DNA of 64,000 bases, taken from NCBI GenBank assembly GCA_965219445.1, contig CBDCNQ010000005.1:832001-896000 (forward strand), read 5' to 3'. The notes beneath the pieces were generated by a model. That model saw only the letters and a program-made list of their open reading frames with translations. It did no database searches and was not told where the DNA came from. How positions within the stretch are numbered: position 1 is the first letter of the stretch; every line of letters starts with the position of its first letter. The position numbers and the translations under genes were made by a program. This stretch comes from Longimicrobiales bacterium. Lineage in GTDB: Bacteria > Gemmatimonadota > Gemmatimonadetes > Longimicrobiales > Gaopeijiaceae. This document shows positions 8,971 to 21,400 of the stretch, one piece after another.

Positions 8971-11900
8971 GCGATCGGAATGAAGATCGGGCTGCGGCCC
9001 CCTCACCCATAGCCATCGTCGGCATGTCCTGCCTATTCCCGGGCGCAAGCAGCCTGGAAGAGTACTGGGCCAACGTGCGGGACGGGGTCGATGCCATCAC
9101 GGACGTCCCGGCGAGTCATTGGAGTGTGGGCGACTATTTCGACGCCGACCCCAAGGCGCCGGACATGACCTACGGACGCCGCGGAGGGTTCCTCGACGCG
9201 GTCGACTTCGACCCGATGGCCTTCGGGATTTCTCCACGGGACCTCGAGGCCACCGACTCCACGCAGCTGCTCGGCATGCACGTCGCCCGACAAGCGCTGT
9301 GGGATGCCGGCTACGGCGCCAACGGCCGAGACTTCGACCGTGAACGCACGAGCGTGATCCTCGGTGTGAGCGGAACGCTTCCCTTGGTGATCCCTTTGGG
9401 AGCCCGCCTCGGCCACCCGATTTGGCGGCAGGCTCTGGCCGAAGCAGGCGTCGATCCGGAGACCAGCGATGATGTGATCGCTCGGATCGCGGACGGATAT
9501 GTGCCGTGGCAGGAGAACTCCTTCCCCGGACTTCTAGCCAATGTCGTGGCGGGCCGGATCGCCAACCGGCTCGATCTGCACGGAACCAACTGCATCGTCG
9601 ACTCAGCATGCGCCTCGTCCTTGAGCGCCGTCCACCTCGCCTCTCTCGAGCTCGAGGCCGGTCGGGCCGACATGGCCCTGAGCGGTGGCCTGGACACGTT
9701 CAACGACATCTTCATGTACATGTGCTTCTCGAAGACGCCAGCGCTTTCGGAGTCGGGGAACGCACAGCCGTTCGATCAGGACGCGGACGGGACGATTCTC
9801 GGCGAGGGCGTGGGCGTCATGGCTCTCAAGCGACTGGCGGACGCCGAGCGGGACGGTGACCGCATTTACGCCGTCATCAAAGGCCTCGGGTCTTCCAGCG
9901 ACGGCAAGGGCCAGGCGGTCTACGCGCCTTCTCCCGAGGGCCAGGCGCGGGCGCTGCGCGCGGCGTATCGAAACGCGGGTGTGACGCCGGACACGGTGGG
10001 ACTCGTCGAGGCGCACGGCACCGGTACCGTCGTTGGAGACGCCACCGAGGCACGGGGCCTTGCCAGCGTCTATGAGGACAGTGGCCGGGAGGGATCGTGG
10101 TGCGCCTTGGGCTCGGTCAAGTCGATGATCGGGCACACCAAAGCGGCGGCGGGAGCGGCGGGGCTCATCAAGGCTGTGATGGCGCTGCACCACAAGACTC
10201 TTCCGCCCACGATCAAGGTCGGGAAACCCAACAAGGCTGTGACTCCGGGGGAGACGCCCTTCTACGTCAATACGAGCAAGCGTCCGTGGCTGCCTGAGAG
10301 CGATCATCCCCGTCGGGCGGGCGTGAGTGCCTTCGGCTTCGGCGGCAGCAACTTCCACTGCGTAGTCGAAGAGTACGAGTCACGGGCGAACGTGGTGGAT
10401 TGGGACGGGCGGGATCAGATCTTCGCCTTCTCGGCCGAAAACCGCGAGGCCCTTGTGTCGAGGCTGAAAGACTTCGATGTAGGATCGGAGTGGGCGGAGA
10501 TCCGGGGGCGGGCAGCCGAAACGAGGGAAGACTTCGATGCTTCGCACGAGGTCCGCTTGCTCATGGTGGTCGAGCGGGGCGGAAAGGCCCCGGCAGACCT
10601 CATCGCCCTGGCGCTCGCCCGGCTGGAAGACGCCCAGTCCGCGTGGAGCTTGCCACAGGGAGTCTTTTTCGGGTCTGGTTCGACGACGGGGACTTGGGCG
10701 GCCTGCTTCCCCGGCCAAGGGGCCCAGTACGTCGGCATGTTGCGTGAAATCATCTGCCGTTTTCCTGCCGCCGCCGACACGCTCGCCACCGCTGCGGAAG
10801 CTACCCCGGGACTCGTCGACAAGCTCTATCCGCACCCCGCGTTCGAGGACGATGCCAGAGCCGAACAGGAAGCCGAGCTCAGAGCCACCCAGACCGCGCA
10901 ACCGGCTCTCGGCGCTGTGAGTCTCGGTGCCTTACGGGTGCTCGAGCAGTTCGGACTCGCCCCCGATGCCACGATCGGGCACAGCTACGGCGAGTTGGTC
11001 GCCCTGTGCGCCGCGGGCCGAATTGGTCCCGCCGAGTTGAACGAGCTCTCTCGCCTCCGAGGTGAGCTCATGACCCTGGGCGAAGGCGATCATGGCTCCA
11101 TGCTGGCCGTCGCCACCGAATCCGATCGAGTCCAGGCCCTGGTTCTGGAACACGATCTCGATTTGGTGATAGCCAACCACAACGGCCCTCGTCAGGTGGT
11201 CCTCTCGGGTGTGACCGACGAGATCGATCGGGCAAAGGCGATTCTGTCCGGCGAGCGCCTCCGGAGTAAGAAACTGCCCGTTTCGGCAGCATTCCACAGT
11301 GCCTTGGTGGCCGAGGCCGCAGCGCCGTTTGCCGATGCGCTCAAAGGCGTGAAGCTGAAGAAGAGTGCGGTGCCGGTGTATGCGAACACGACCGGCACGA
11401 AGTACCCGGCGACTCTCGCCGGCGCACGGAGGGTGCTGTCCAAGCAGTTGGTCTCGCCCGTGGATTTCGTGCAAGGCGTGAAGAGAATGTTCGACGACGG
11501 GATCCGCACATTCGTCGAGGTCGGGCCCGGCCGCCGCCTCTCCGGGCTGATTGGGGAGATCTTGGCCGGCGAGGAGATCACAGTCGTGGCGGTGGACGCC
11601 TCGTCCGGACAGCGTCGGGGCCTGGTCGATCTGGCCCGCATGCTAGCTCAGTTTGCGGCGTCCGGACATGCCGTCGCGCTCGACCGGTGGGACGAGGGCG
11701 CCCTCGAGGCCTGGCGGCGCGAAGCGGCCCGAGAGAAACCCGCCCTGACCGTGAAGATCAGTGGAGCGAATCACGTGGCCGAACGCCCCAAGCGTCCCCC
11801 GAGGGCCGCGGCACCGGCGCTCGCACCCGCGGCTGCCGGGCAGGCCTCCTCGGCACCCTTACCGGCCGTCGAGCCGGCCGTCCCTGTGACGTCCGACCCA

Positions 11901-14900
11901 CAGGTGCTCGCCGATGCGGTGCGCGCGAGCCAAGAGAGCTTGGCCGCATTGGTACGGCTTCAAGAACAGACGGCCGAGGTGCATCGACAGTTCCTGGAAT
12001 CGCAGGAGCGGACCATCCAAGCCATCATCCAGCATCAAGGGGCTGAGGCACCCCTCGAAGCGCCCACCGACGCACCCCTGGAAGCGCCCGTCGAGGCACT
12101 CTTGGAAGCACGCCCGGAGGCGTCCGTCGAGGCCGTTTCCGGAGTGGCTGAGGCGTTGCTCGAAGTGGTCTCCGAAAAAACGGGTTACCCCGAGGAGATG
12201 CTCGACCTCTCGATGGGATTGGACGCCGACCTCGGAATCGATTCGATCAAGCGGGTCGAAATCCTTTCGGCATTGCAGGAGCGTCTCCCCGAGGCCCCCG
12301 CCATCACTCCGGAGCATCTCGGCGAAATCCAGACACTCGGCCAGATCGTCGACTTTTTGGATGGATCCGCCGAGACCTCGACGAGTGGTGGTAATGCCTC
12401 GAACGGAACTGGCGTCGTCTCCCCGACAGACGATGTCGTCGCGGAGGAGGTGAGCAGTGTCGTCGCCGAGACGGAGAACGGTGTTATCGCGGAGACGGAG
12501 AACCGTGCCATCACGGAGACGACGAACGGTGTCGCCGCGGAGACGTTGAACGATGTCGTCCTGGAGACGTTGAACGATGTCGTCGCGGAGACGTCGAACG
12601 GTGCCGGCGACGCGCCAGATATCGCGGAGATCTTGCTGGAGTTGGTCGCCGAAAAAACCGGTTACCCAGTGGATATGCTCGACGTCTCGATGAACCTGGA
12701 CGCCGACCTCGGTATCGATTCCATTAAGCGGGTCGAGATTCTGTCCGCGCTTCAGGAGGTGCTTCCGGAAGCTCCTGTCGTTGCCCCGGATCAACTGGGG
12801 GAGCTACGAACGCTGAGCCAGATCGTCGATCTGCTGTCCAGTGAGGCCGCATCCATCCCGGCCTCTTCTTCGCCCGATCCCCCGGAGCACGTTGTGGACC
12901 GTGGGATTCGGGGTCTCTCCACTTCCAACGGTGTCGAACGCTTCATTCCCACCCTCCACCCCGTTCAGGGCACGGGTAACCCCATCGGGCTTCCGGCGGG
13001 GTCCAAGATCTGGGTGACGAAGAGTGGCGATGTGCTCTCGGGCCAGATCGTGGAAGAGTTGAGCGCTCAAGGGTTCGCGGCGGAAGAGATCGAGTTGAGC
13101 GAGAAGGGACATGATCCGCCCGACGAGCTGGCGGGACTCATCGTCGTCGTGCCCCCGCAGGTCACCGACGAGGATATCCTCTTCGGCTTCGGACGGATGC
13201 GAGCCATGGCGCCCGTTCTCCGTCGGGCGGCGCTTCAGGGTGGTGCTCTGCTGTGCAGCGTCACAGCCCTCGGGGGTGGTTTCGCCCTCGACGCCCCACC
13301 GCCCGAGGATGTCGATCCAACCGGTGGCGCTTGGGGAGGAATGTTGAAAACGGCGGCCGCGGAATGGACCGATGTCAATTGCCGGACGATCGACGTCGAT
13401 CCGGCCCGCGAGGGTCTCGCCGCCGAGATCGTGCGCCATGCGCTTTCCCAAGGACCCGTGGAGATCGGCCTGGGTCCTGACGGCCCCCAAACCGTGGTCC
13501 TCGAGCGCCGATCGGTCGAGCCCGGAGGGGGAACAACGTTCCCCGGCTCGGACGACACGGTGTTGATTACCGGGGGAGCACGTGGTGTGACCGCCGAGGT
13601 CGCGGTGGCGATGGCGGAGGCAGGGCAGCCGCGGCTCATCCTCATGGGGCGGAGTCCCGAGCCCGAGAAAGAGCCCGATTGGCTCATCGGACTCAACAGC
13701 GAGGCCGAAATCAAACGGGCGATCCTGACCCACGTGGGTCCGAGCATCACGCCTCAGGAGGTTCAGGCCAAGTTCAACCGCATCCGCGCGGGCAGGGAGA
13801 TCCGCCGCACGATCGAGCGGATCTCCAAGGCCGGTTCCGAGGTCGCGTACCGTTCCGCCGACGTGCGAGACGCCGACGCGGTCCGGCACACGATCGCGCC
13901 ACTCGTCGAGGAATACGGACCTGTCACTGGACTCCTGCACGGGGCCGGCGTCCTGGCCGACCGAAGCATCGAAGACAAGAGCGACGAAGACTTCGCCCGC
14001 GTCTACGGCACCAAGGTGGGCGGGCTCCGCTCGGTGCTGAAGGCTATCGGCGAGAGTCCTCTCAAGGCGATGGTGCTGTTCTCGTCTTCGACCGCACGCT
14101 TCGGACGCAGAGGACAGGCCGACTACGCGGCAGGGAACGAGGTGATGAATAAGGTGGCACGGGTGGAGGCGGCGCGGCGCGACGGGTGCCGCGTCGTGTC
14201 GGTCAATTGGGGTCCCTGGGATGGAGGAATGGTGACCCCTGGCTTGAGGACCATCTTCGCCGACGAGGGGATCGAGGTGATCGACATGGATAGCGGTGCG
14301 GCCTACCTCCTCGACGAGATCGCCGACACGGACGGGCCGGCGGAGGTTCTCATTCTCGGGAGTGGATCGCAGATCCCCGAAGTCGGAACACCCGCGGTCT
14401 CGAGGGGGAACGGCGTTGACACCTCCGCGAACGGCTCGGACAGGAGTGGGACACGGGCGACCGAGCAAGGGATCGGTGCGCCGGAGAGTGGCGCAGAGAG
14501 TGGCGCCGCTGAGGCGTCCATCGTGGAATTACCTACGGTGTTCGAGCGGACGATCACCACGGACACACATGAATTCATGACGTCGCACGTGCTCGCCGGC
14601 CGTGCGGTGCTTCCAGCCGTCATGATCCTCGAATGGCTGGCCCACGGCGCCCTCCACGGAAACCCAGGATTGCGCTTCGTCGGAGTCGACGACCTACGTG
14701 TATTCAAAGGAGTCCTCGTTCACCCCAAGGAATCCCTCCGGGTCCGCGTTTGCGCGGACAAGGCGAAAAAGCGGGGCGACGAATTCCTCGTGGTGGCGGA
14801 GCTCTGCAGCGGGGGCAGCAACGGCCGCCGGGTTCTACACGCGCGCGCTTCCGTCGCATTGGCGGCCAAGCAACCCGATGCCGGTACGGCAAGGGTTTCC

Positions 14901-15398
14901 GCCGACATGCCGGCCCTCGATCAGTCGATCGAGGCGATCTACGCCGAAACGCTCTTCCATGGCCCCGCCATGCGTGGACTGCTGGACGTCGAGAGTTGCG
15001 GGGACGCCGGGCTGGTGGCGCGCTGCAGGGTGGCTCCGCCTCCGCAGGACTGGATGGAGGAGCCCGTGCGGAGCCGATGGATCGCCGATCCGCTCGCGTT
15101 GGACAGTGGTTTTCAGGCGATGATCGTATGGACTTCCGACCGTGTGGGTGAATTGTCGTTGCCCTCACGATTCACGCGCTACCGCCAGTTCGTGCCCTCG
15201 TTCCCCGAGGAGGGGGCGCGCATCGTCATCGACGTGCACGAACGACGGAACGGCAAGGTCGTTTCCGATATCGATTGGATCGGCGATGACGGAAGCTTGC
15301 TGGCCCGCCTCGAGGGCTACGAAGCCGTGGTCGACTCTTCCTTGAGCAAGGCGTTCCGTCACAACCGACTCGACGAGAGCGCACCGACGAAAGCGTAA
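8967..15398 (+). CDS. pfaA: PUFA synthase KS-MAT-ACP-ACP-KR-DH
   Basis: KS DSACASS/HGTGT/GHTK; AT GHSYG and AFHS; two ACPs LGIDSIKRVEIL; KR TGGARG and DYAAGN; DH SHVLAGRAVLP. TTG start overlaps the pfaD stop. Confidence 0.95.
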   Translation: MSDRNEDRAAAPSPIAIVGMSCLFPGASSLEEYWANVRDGVDAITDVPASHWSVGDYFDADPKAPDMTYGRRGGFLDAVDFDPMAFGISPRDLEATDSTQLLGMHVARQALWDAGYGANGRDFDRERTSVILGVSGTLPLVIPLGARLGHPIWRQALAEAGVDPETSDDVIARIADGYVPWQENSFPGLLANVVAGRIANRLDLHGTNCIVDSACASSLSAVHLASLELEAGRADMALSGGLDTFNDIFMYMCFSKTPALSESGNAQPFDQDADGTILGEGVGVMALKRLADAERDGDRIYAVIKGLGSSSDGKGQAVYAPSPEGQARALRAAYRNAGVTPDTVGLVEAHGTGTVVGDATEARGLASVYEDSGREGSWCALGSVKSMIGHTKAAAGAAGLIKAVMALHHKTLPPTIKVGKPNKAVTPGETPFYVNTSKRPWLPESDHPRRAGVSAFGFGGSNFHCVVEEYESRANVVDWDGRDQIFAFSAENREALVSRLKDFDVGSEWAEIRGRAAETREDFDASHEVRLLMVVERGGKAPADLIALALARLEDAQSAWSLPQGVFFGSGSTTGTWAACFPGQGAQYVGMLREIICRFPAAADTLATAAEATPGLVDKLYPHPAFEDDARAEQEAELRATQTAQPALGAVSLGALRVLEQFGLAPDATIGHSYGELVALCAAGRIGPAELNELSRLRGELMTLGEGDHGSMLAVATESDRVQALVLEHDLDLVIANHNGPRQVVLSGVTDEIDRAKAILSGERLRSKKLPVSAAFHSALVAEAAAPFADALKGVKLKKSAVPVYANTTGTKYPATLAGARRVLSKQLVSPVDFVQGVKRMFDDGIRTFVEVGPGRRLSGLIGEILAGEEITVVAVDASSGQRRGLVDLARMLAQFAASGHAVALDRWDEGALEAWRREAAREKPALTVKISGANHVAERPKRPPRAAAPALAPAAAGQASSAPLPAVEPAVPVTSDPQVLADAVRASQESLAALVRLQEQTAEVHRQFLESQERTIQAIIQHQGAEAPLEAPTDAPLEAPVEALLEARPEASVEAVSGVAEALLEVVSEKTGYPEEMLDLSMGLDADLGIDSIKRVEILSALQERLPEAPAITPEHLGEIQTLGQIVDFLDGSAETSTSGGNASNGTGVVSPTDDVVAEEVSSVVAETENGVIAETENRAITETTNGVAAETLNDVVLETLNDVVAETSNGAGDAPDIAEILLELVAEKTGYPVDMLDVSMNLDADLGIDSIKRVEILSALQEVLPEAPVVAPDQLGELRTLSQIVDLLSSEAASIPASSSPDPPEHVVDRGIRGLSTSNGVERFIPTLHPVQGTGNPIGLPAGSKIWVTKSGDVLSGQIVEELSAQGFAAEEIELSEKGHDPPDELAGLIVVVPPQVTDEDILFGFGRMRAMAPVLRRAALQGGALLCSVTALGGGFALDAPPPEDVDPTGGAWGGMLKTAAAEWTDVNCRTIDVDPAREGLAAEIVRHALSQGPVEIGLGPDGPQTVVLERRSVEPGGGTTFPGSDDTVLITGGARGVTAEVAVAMAEAGQPRLILMGRSPEPEKEPDWLIGLNSEAEIKRAILTHVGPSITPQEVQAKFNRIRAGREIRRTIERISKAGSEVAYRSADVRDADAVRHTIAPLVEEYGPVTGLLHGAGVLADRSIEDKSDEDFARVYGTKVGGLRSVLKAIGESPLKAMVLFSSSTARFGRRGQADYAAGNEVMNKVARVEAARRDGCRVVSVNWGPWDGGMVTPGLRTIFADEGIEVIDMDSGAAYLLDEIADTDGPAEVLILGSGSQIPEVGTPAVSRGNGVDTSANGSDRSGTRATEQGIGAPESGAESGAAEASIVELPTVFERTITTDTHEFMTSHVLAGRAVLPAVMILEWLAHGALHGNPGLRFVGVDDLRVFKGVLVHPKESLRVRVCADKAKKRGDEFLVVAELCSGGSNGRRVLHARASVALAAKQPDAGTARVSADMPALDQSIEAIYAETLFHGPAMRGLLDVESCGDAGLVARCRVAPPPQDWMEEPVRSRWIADPLALDSGFQAMIVWTSDRVGELSLPSRFTRYRQFVPSFPEEGARIVIDVHERRNGKVVSDIDWIGDDGSLLARLEGYEAVVDSSLSKAFRHNRLDESAPTKA
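12432..12599 (+). repeat. Seven degenerate 24-bp (8-aa) tandem units in the inter-ACP linker of pfaA
   Basis: DVVAEEVS/SVVAETEN/GVIAETEN/RAITETTN/GVAAETLN/DVVLETLN/DVVAETSN. Confidence 0.9.
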
Positions 15399-15403
15399 CC
15401 TGC

Positions 15404-18400
15404 ATGCCCGAGCCGATCGCTATCGTCGGACTCGGAGGAGTGCTCCCCGGCGCCGCAACGCTCGACGAATTCTGGAGTGTTGTTGAGGCGGGGGTGGACA
15501 CGGCCTCCGATCCACCTCCCGGCCGCTGGTGCCTCGATCTCGAGCGTGCCTATTCGAAGGACCAAGCACAGCCCGATCGTGTCCACTCTCGGCGTGCCTG
15601 CTTCGTGCGCGACTTCGAGTTCGACGTCCAAGGATTCGACCTCCCACGAGAGTTGGTGGAATCTCTCGATCCCATGGTGCACCTCGCGCTTCACGCGGGA
15701 CGGGAGGCTTGGCGGGATTCGGTAACGGAGGCGGTCGATCCCGCCCGCGTTGGCGTGATGCTGGGCAACATCGTCCTTCCCACCGCCTCGGCCTCGGCGA
15801 TGGCCGATTGGATTCTCGGACGGCGCTTCGAACGAGAGCTCTTCCGAGCGGCGGGTGTGCCAATGCCCCCTGAGACCCGGGCACCGGTGTCCGCGATAAA
15901 CCGATGGGTTGCGGGCCTCCCGGCGGCGATGCTTGCCAGAGGGTTGGGATTCGGAGGCGATCGATTCTGCATCGACGCCGCCTGCTCATCGTCGCTCTTT
16001 ACGGTGGAACTCGCCGTAGACGCTCTGCGCCAGGGACGCCTCGACGCCGTACTCGCCGGCGGACTGTCTCGGCCGGATTCGCTCTACACGCAGATGGGCT
16101 TTTCGCAGCTGCTCGCCGTCTCGCCAACGGGCCGGTGCTCTCCATTCGACCGCAAGAGCGACGGCCTGGTGGTGGGAGAGGGTGCCGGCGTCCTCGTCCT
16201 GAAGCGTTTGTCGGACGCCCGGCAGCAAGGCGACCGAATCCGCGCAGTCATACACGCCGTTGGGCTTTCGAACGACGTCGAGGGCAGTCTCCTCGCTCCC
16301 AGCCAGGAGGGCCAACTGCGCGCCATGCAGGGAGCTTACCGAGCCGCCGGGTGGATGCCCAGCCAAGTGGATATGGTCGAGTGCCACGCGACGGGCACGC
16401 CGGTCGGAGATTCGGTCGAGTTCGCGAGCCTTCGGGCACTCTGGACAGAGGAGGAGTACGAGCCGGGCCGGTGTGTGATCGGGTCGGCCAAGTCGAATAC
16501 GGGCCATCTGCTCACGGGAGCCGGAGCCGTCGGGCTTCTCAAAACGGTGCTGGCGATGGAGAACCAGGTTCTCCCACCCACCGCCAATTTCGAGCAGCCC
16601 GGGGAAAAGATCGACCTGGATGGAAGTCCCTTTCGTGTGCTCGCCGCGGCCGGTCCGTGGACGTCCCCCCCCGCTCATCCGCGGCGGGCGGCCGTCAGCG
16701 GATTCGGCTTCGGTGGGACCAACGCCCACGTCCTACTCGAGGAGCCGACGGAGCCGGCCCGGGGACGATCGGCGGTCAGCGTCACGGAGCCATCTCACGA
16801 GGCCACCACGCCAGCTCGCGAGGTCACGGCGCCGCACGAGACGGGGGCGGCGGACGTGGCGATCGTCGGAATGGGAGCCCGGGTCGGCCCGTGGAAAAAC
16901 GTCGTTGAGGTCGCAGACCGGTTGATGGGCCGAGGCGAAGATCATCCCGCCCGGGCCAAGGTCAATCACTGGGGTCTTCCGGATGCTCCCGTCGGGTGGT
17001 TCATCGAGGAGCTCGAGATTCCAATTGGTCGCTTCAAGATCCCGCCTCGGGAGGTCGAAGAGGCCCTTCCCCAACAGATGCTCATGCTTCAGATAGCGGA
17101 GCATGCGATCGCGGACGCGGACCTCAACCGGGTCGATCGCCTCCGGACCGGCGTCTTCATCGGGGTCGAGCTCGACCTCAACACGACGAACTACCACCTT
17201 CGTTGGGCGGTGCGGTCGCGTGCCGCCGATTGGGCGGCGCAGCTCGGACGCCACACACACGGGGAGGAGTTTGACCAGTGGGTGGACGAGCTGTGTGACT
17301 CGCTCACGCCCGCGCTCAACGCGAACCGCACCATCGGCGGCCTTGGTTCGATCGCGGCCAGTCGGATCGCCCGAGAGTTCGGACTGGGCGGACCCAGCTA
17401 CGTGATATCGAGCGAAGAGACTTCGGGGCTTTCCGCCCTTTACGCCGCATCTCGCGCACTCCAACAGGGACGCATCGATTGCGCCGTCGTTGGGGCAGTA
17501 GACTTGGCAGGCGACGTGCGTGCCATGATCTCGCGCGCGAGCATGGACGGATCGGCCACGCCGAGCGACGGTGCCGTGGCACTCGTGCTGAAGCGCCCTC
17601 CGGACGCCGAGCGCGACGGCGACCGGGTGTACGGGATCGTCCGAGCGGTCGGGAGCGCCGGCGGCGATTCGACAGCGCCCGATTCGGACTCTCCCGATCT
17701 GCATGGTTCCATCAGGGCGGCGATTCACAGAAGCTGCGAGTACGCCGAGGTCGCCTCCGGAGACATCCCCTACGTGGAGGCGCACGGCTGGGGAATCGCA
17801 GGCTGGGACCCGGCGGAAATGACGGCGCTTTCCAAGGCTTTAGGCCCGGACACCGTGCTCGGCTGTACGAAAGCCCATGTGGGGCACACGGGAGCCGCGG
17901 CCGGCCTCATGTCCGTGCTGGGTGCGACGCTCTCGCTGTACCGGCAGGTCCTGCCCGCCGCCCCGGGCGGCAGCGCCGGTGCGCTCACCGCACTGGACGA
18001 CCCCACACCCTGGGTTCGCGACCGTGTCGACGGGCCGCGCCGGACCGGGGTCCTCGCGGTCTCGCGTGGCGGCTCGTGCTCCCACGTAATCGTGGAGGAG
18101 CCCGGAGTGGGAGCCGCGGCCAAGTCGCTGAAGAGCCCCGCCAACGCGCCGCTCACGTGGCCGGGCGATCTTCCGCTGGGTGAGGGGCTCTTCGTCGTCG
18201 AGGGAGACGACACCGAGGAAATCGTGGCGGGTCTACGGATCCTCACCGACGCGGCGACCACCCCGGTGGTGGTGGCGGCGCCCATCCACCGCCTCGCGAA
18301 GGAGTGGTGGCTAGACCACCCCAATCGCCCCGATGCCCCGCTCGCCATCACCCTGATCGCCCGGGATGCCAGCGAGCTGGGGGGCCTGGCTCGTTCCGCC

Positions 18401-21400
18401 GCAGACCGGCTCCAGCGGGGCGACGACCCATCGGATCGTAGCGCCGGCCGCGTGTCCTTCTCACGGGACCCCCTCGGACCGAAGGGAGAGTTGGCCTTCG
18501 TGTACCCCGGTTCAGGAAGCCAATACGCAGGCATGGGACGCGAGCTCTGTCTCCAGTGGCCCCAGATCCTGCGTGCTCAGGACCCCGCGAACGAACGACT
18601 GAGGTCGCAACTCAAAGCCTCCGAGATCTGGGGAAGCGCATCCGACACCAAGGACGCCAGGACGGTCGTTCTCTCGCAGGTCGCGTTCGGCACGATCACG
18701 ACGGACCTGATGGCGGGGTTCGGCGTCCGACCCCAGGCGGTCGTAGGCTACTCGCTCGGAGAAACCGCCGGCCTGTTCTCGCTGGGTGCCTGGCATGAGC
18801 GGGACGAGATGCTCCGACGTGTGACCGACAGCGAGTTGTTCGTCAGCGATTTGACCGGACGCTGTAACGCCGCGCGGAAAGCCTGGGGCGTCGCTGACGA
18901 CGCGGCGGTGGAGTGGAGCGTGGGCGTGGTGGAGACACCCGCCGATCGGGCACGGGAGGTCATCGCGGAGCTCGACCGAGTCTACTTGCTCATCGTCAAC
19001 ACTCCGGACGAATGCGTGATCGGGGGCGACCGGTCGGCGGTGCAGAGGGCCGTTGAAATGCTCGGATGTCCTTTCCACTCCCTCGAAGGCGTCACCACAG
19101 TCCATTGCGAGGTCGCCAAGGCGGTAGCGGAGGAGTACCGCGACCTCCATGTGTTGGACACGCGGCGGCCGGAGGACACGCGTTTCTACAGCGGGGCGTG
19201 GGGCGAAGTGTACGAGGTGGATCAGGACCGGGCGGCGGACTCCCTCTTGGCCCAGGCGATCCACGGAGTGGACTTCCCGAAGACGGTGCGCCAGGCGTAT
19301 GACGATGGCGTGAGAATTTTCTTGGAGATGGGCCCGGGCGGATCGTGCACCCGGATGATCCACAAGATCCTCGACGGTGTCCCGTTCCGCGCACGCTCGC
19401 TCTCCTCTTCCACCCAGGATGAGCCCTCCGCGGTCCTCCGGGCACTCGGCATGCTCATCGCGGAGCGCGTTCCGGTCGATCTGGCGCAACTCTACCCGGA
19501 GGGGAGGCGGGCGGAGGACGAGTCAGGCCCTTTCACTCGGATTTCCGTCGGGCAGGCGAGCTTTGGGGCCTTGCCCCTCGCGCCGCAAGGCCCGCCCCAG
19601 GTCCCTCTTGCGCTAGAGGCGGGAGCCATACGATTCGACTCGGGCGTCATACCATTGGACTCGGGAGCCGTTTCGGCTGAACTGAGCGAAGCCGTCCGGG
19701 CCTCCGAGGCCACGATCCGGGCCCATGAGGCCTATCTGCGAGCTGCGCAACGGACGCAGGAGCTCGCTCAGGGAGAATACGCCAGGCAGCAGGAACTGAT
19801 TCGGGCACTCTCGGGCGATGGTGCTGCCCTCGCCGTCGGTGGGGCTCCGGGTACGACCGTCTCAACGAGCCAGCCCTCTGCCCCGACGTTCACGATGGAT
19901 CGTGACCAGCTCATGGAGTTCGCCGTCGGATCGATCGGCCGGGCCCTTGGGGAGCGCTTCGCTCACGTAGACCATCATCCGACCCGGGTTCGTCTTCCGG
20001 ACGAGCCGCTCATGCTCGTCGACCGTATCACGAATATCGAGGCGGAGCCCCAATCGATGACATCCGGGCGCGTCATGACCGAGCATGACGTCCTCGAGGA
20101 CGGGTGGTATCTCGACGGCGGGCGACTCCCAACGTGCATCGCCGTGGAGGCGGGCCAAGCCGACCTTCTTCTGTCGGGTTACCTCGGGATCGACTCTCAG
20201 ACCAAGGGCCTGGCCGTATATCGCCTTCTCGACGCGGTGGTCAGCTTCCATTCCGCGCTTCCGCGTCCCGGACAGGTCATCCAATACGACATTCGTATTC
20301 TCCGATTTTTCCGGCAGGGCGATACTTGGCTCTTCCGCTTCCAGTTCGACGCCACGGTGAACGGCCGACCGCTCCTGACGATGCGCGAAGGAACGGCGGG
20401 TTTCTTCACTCAGGGTGAGCTCGAGGCAGGCAGAGGGATCGTCCGGAGGGGCATCGACGAGCAGGATGTGACTGGAAATAGGCCCGACGACTGGCAGGAG
20501 TTAGCGCCGATGGCAAAGGAGGCCCTCGGCGAAGAACGACTGGCGGCGCTTCGTGCGGGTGACCTGGTTGGCGCGTTCGGAGAGGACTTTTCGGATCTGG
20601 GTGTCGCCCGGCCGCTTACCATCCCGGGAGAACGCATGCAGCTGGTCCACCGCGTCACCGCACTCGACCCCCGGGGAGGGCGGTACGGGATCGGCAGCAT
20701 CGTAGCGGAAGCGGATATCCGTCCGGACGACTGGTTCCTGACGTGCCACTTCTCCGACGACCAGGTGATGCCGGGCACCTTGATGTACGAGTGCTGCCTG
20801 CATACGCTCCGCATCTTCCTCCTGCGCATGGGCTGGATCGCGGAGGATGAGAGCGCGACGTGGCAGCCCGTCGTCGGCGTCAAGAGCCGACTTCGGTGCC
20901 GGGGCCAGGTGCTCCCCTCCACGAAGAGGGTCACGTACGAGATCCATCTGCGTGAGCTGGGCTATCAGCCGGAGCCGTACGTGATGGCCGACGCCCTCAT
21001 GTACGCCGATGGAAAACTGATCGTGGAGATCCGCGACATGTCTGTCCGTCTGACCGGCACGGACCGGCAGAAGCTCGAAGGGATGTGGGCCCAGCGAAGC
21101 CCGGGGCGAGACGCGGCGCCTGTTAGCATCGAGTCCCCTCCGATCCTCTATGACAAGCAAAGCATCCTCGCGTTCGGTAGCGGCAAACCCTCCGAGGCGT
21201 ACGGAGATCTGTACCGTGTCTTCGACCAAGGAGAACGCCGCATCGCACGGCTGCCCCGCCCTCCGTACCAGTTCCTGGATCGGATCTCGGCGGTCGAGGG
21301 GGAGCCGTTCGTGATGCAGGCGGGCGCGAGCGCAACCGCCCACTTCGACGTGCGTCCGGATCATTGGTACTTCGGGAGCAATCGCCAGCGTGAAATGCCG

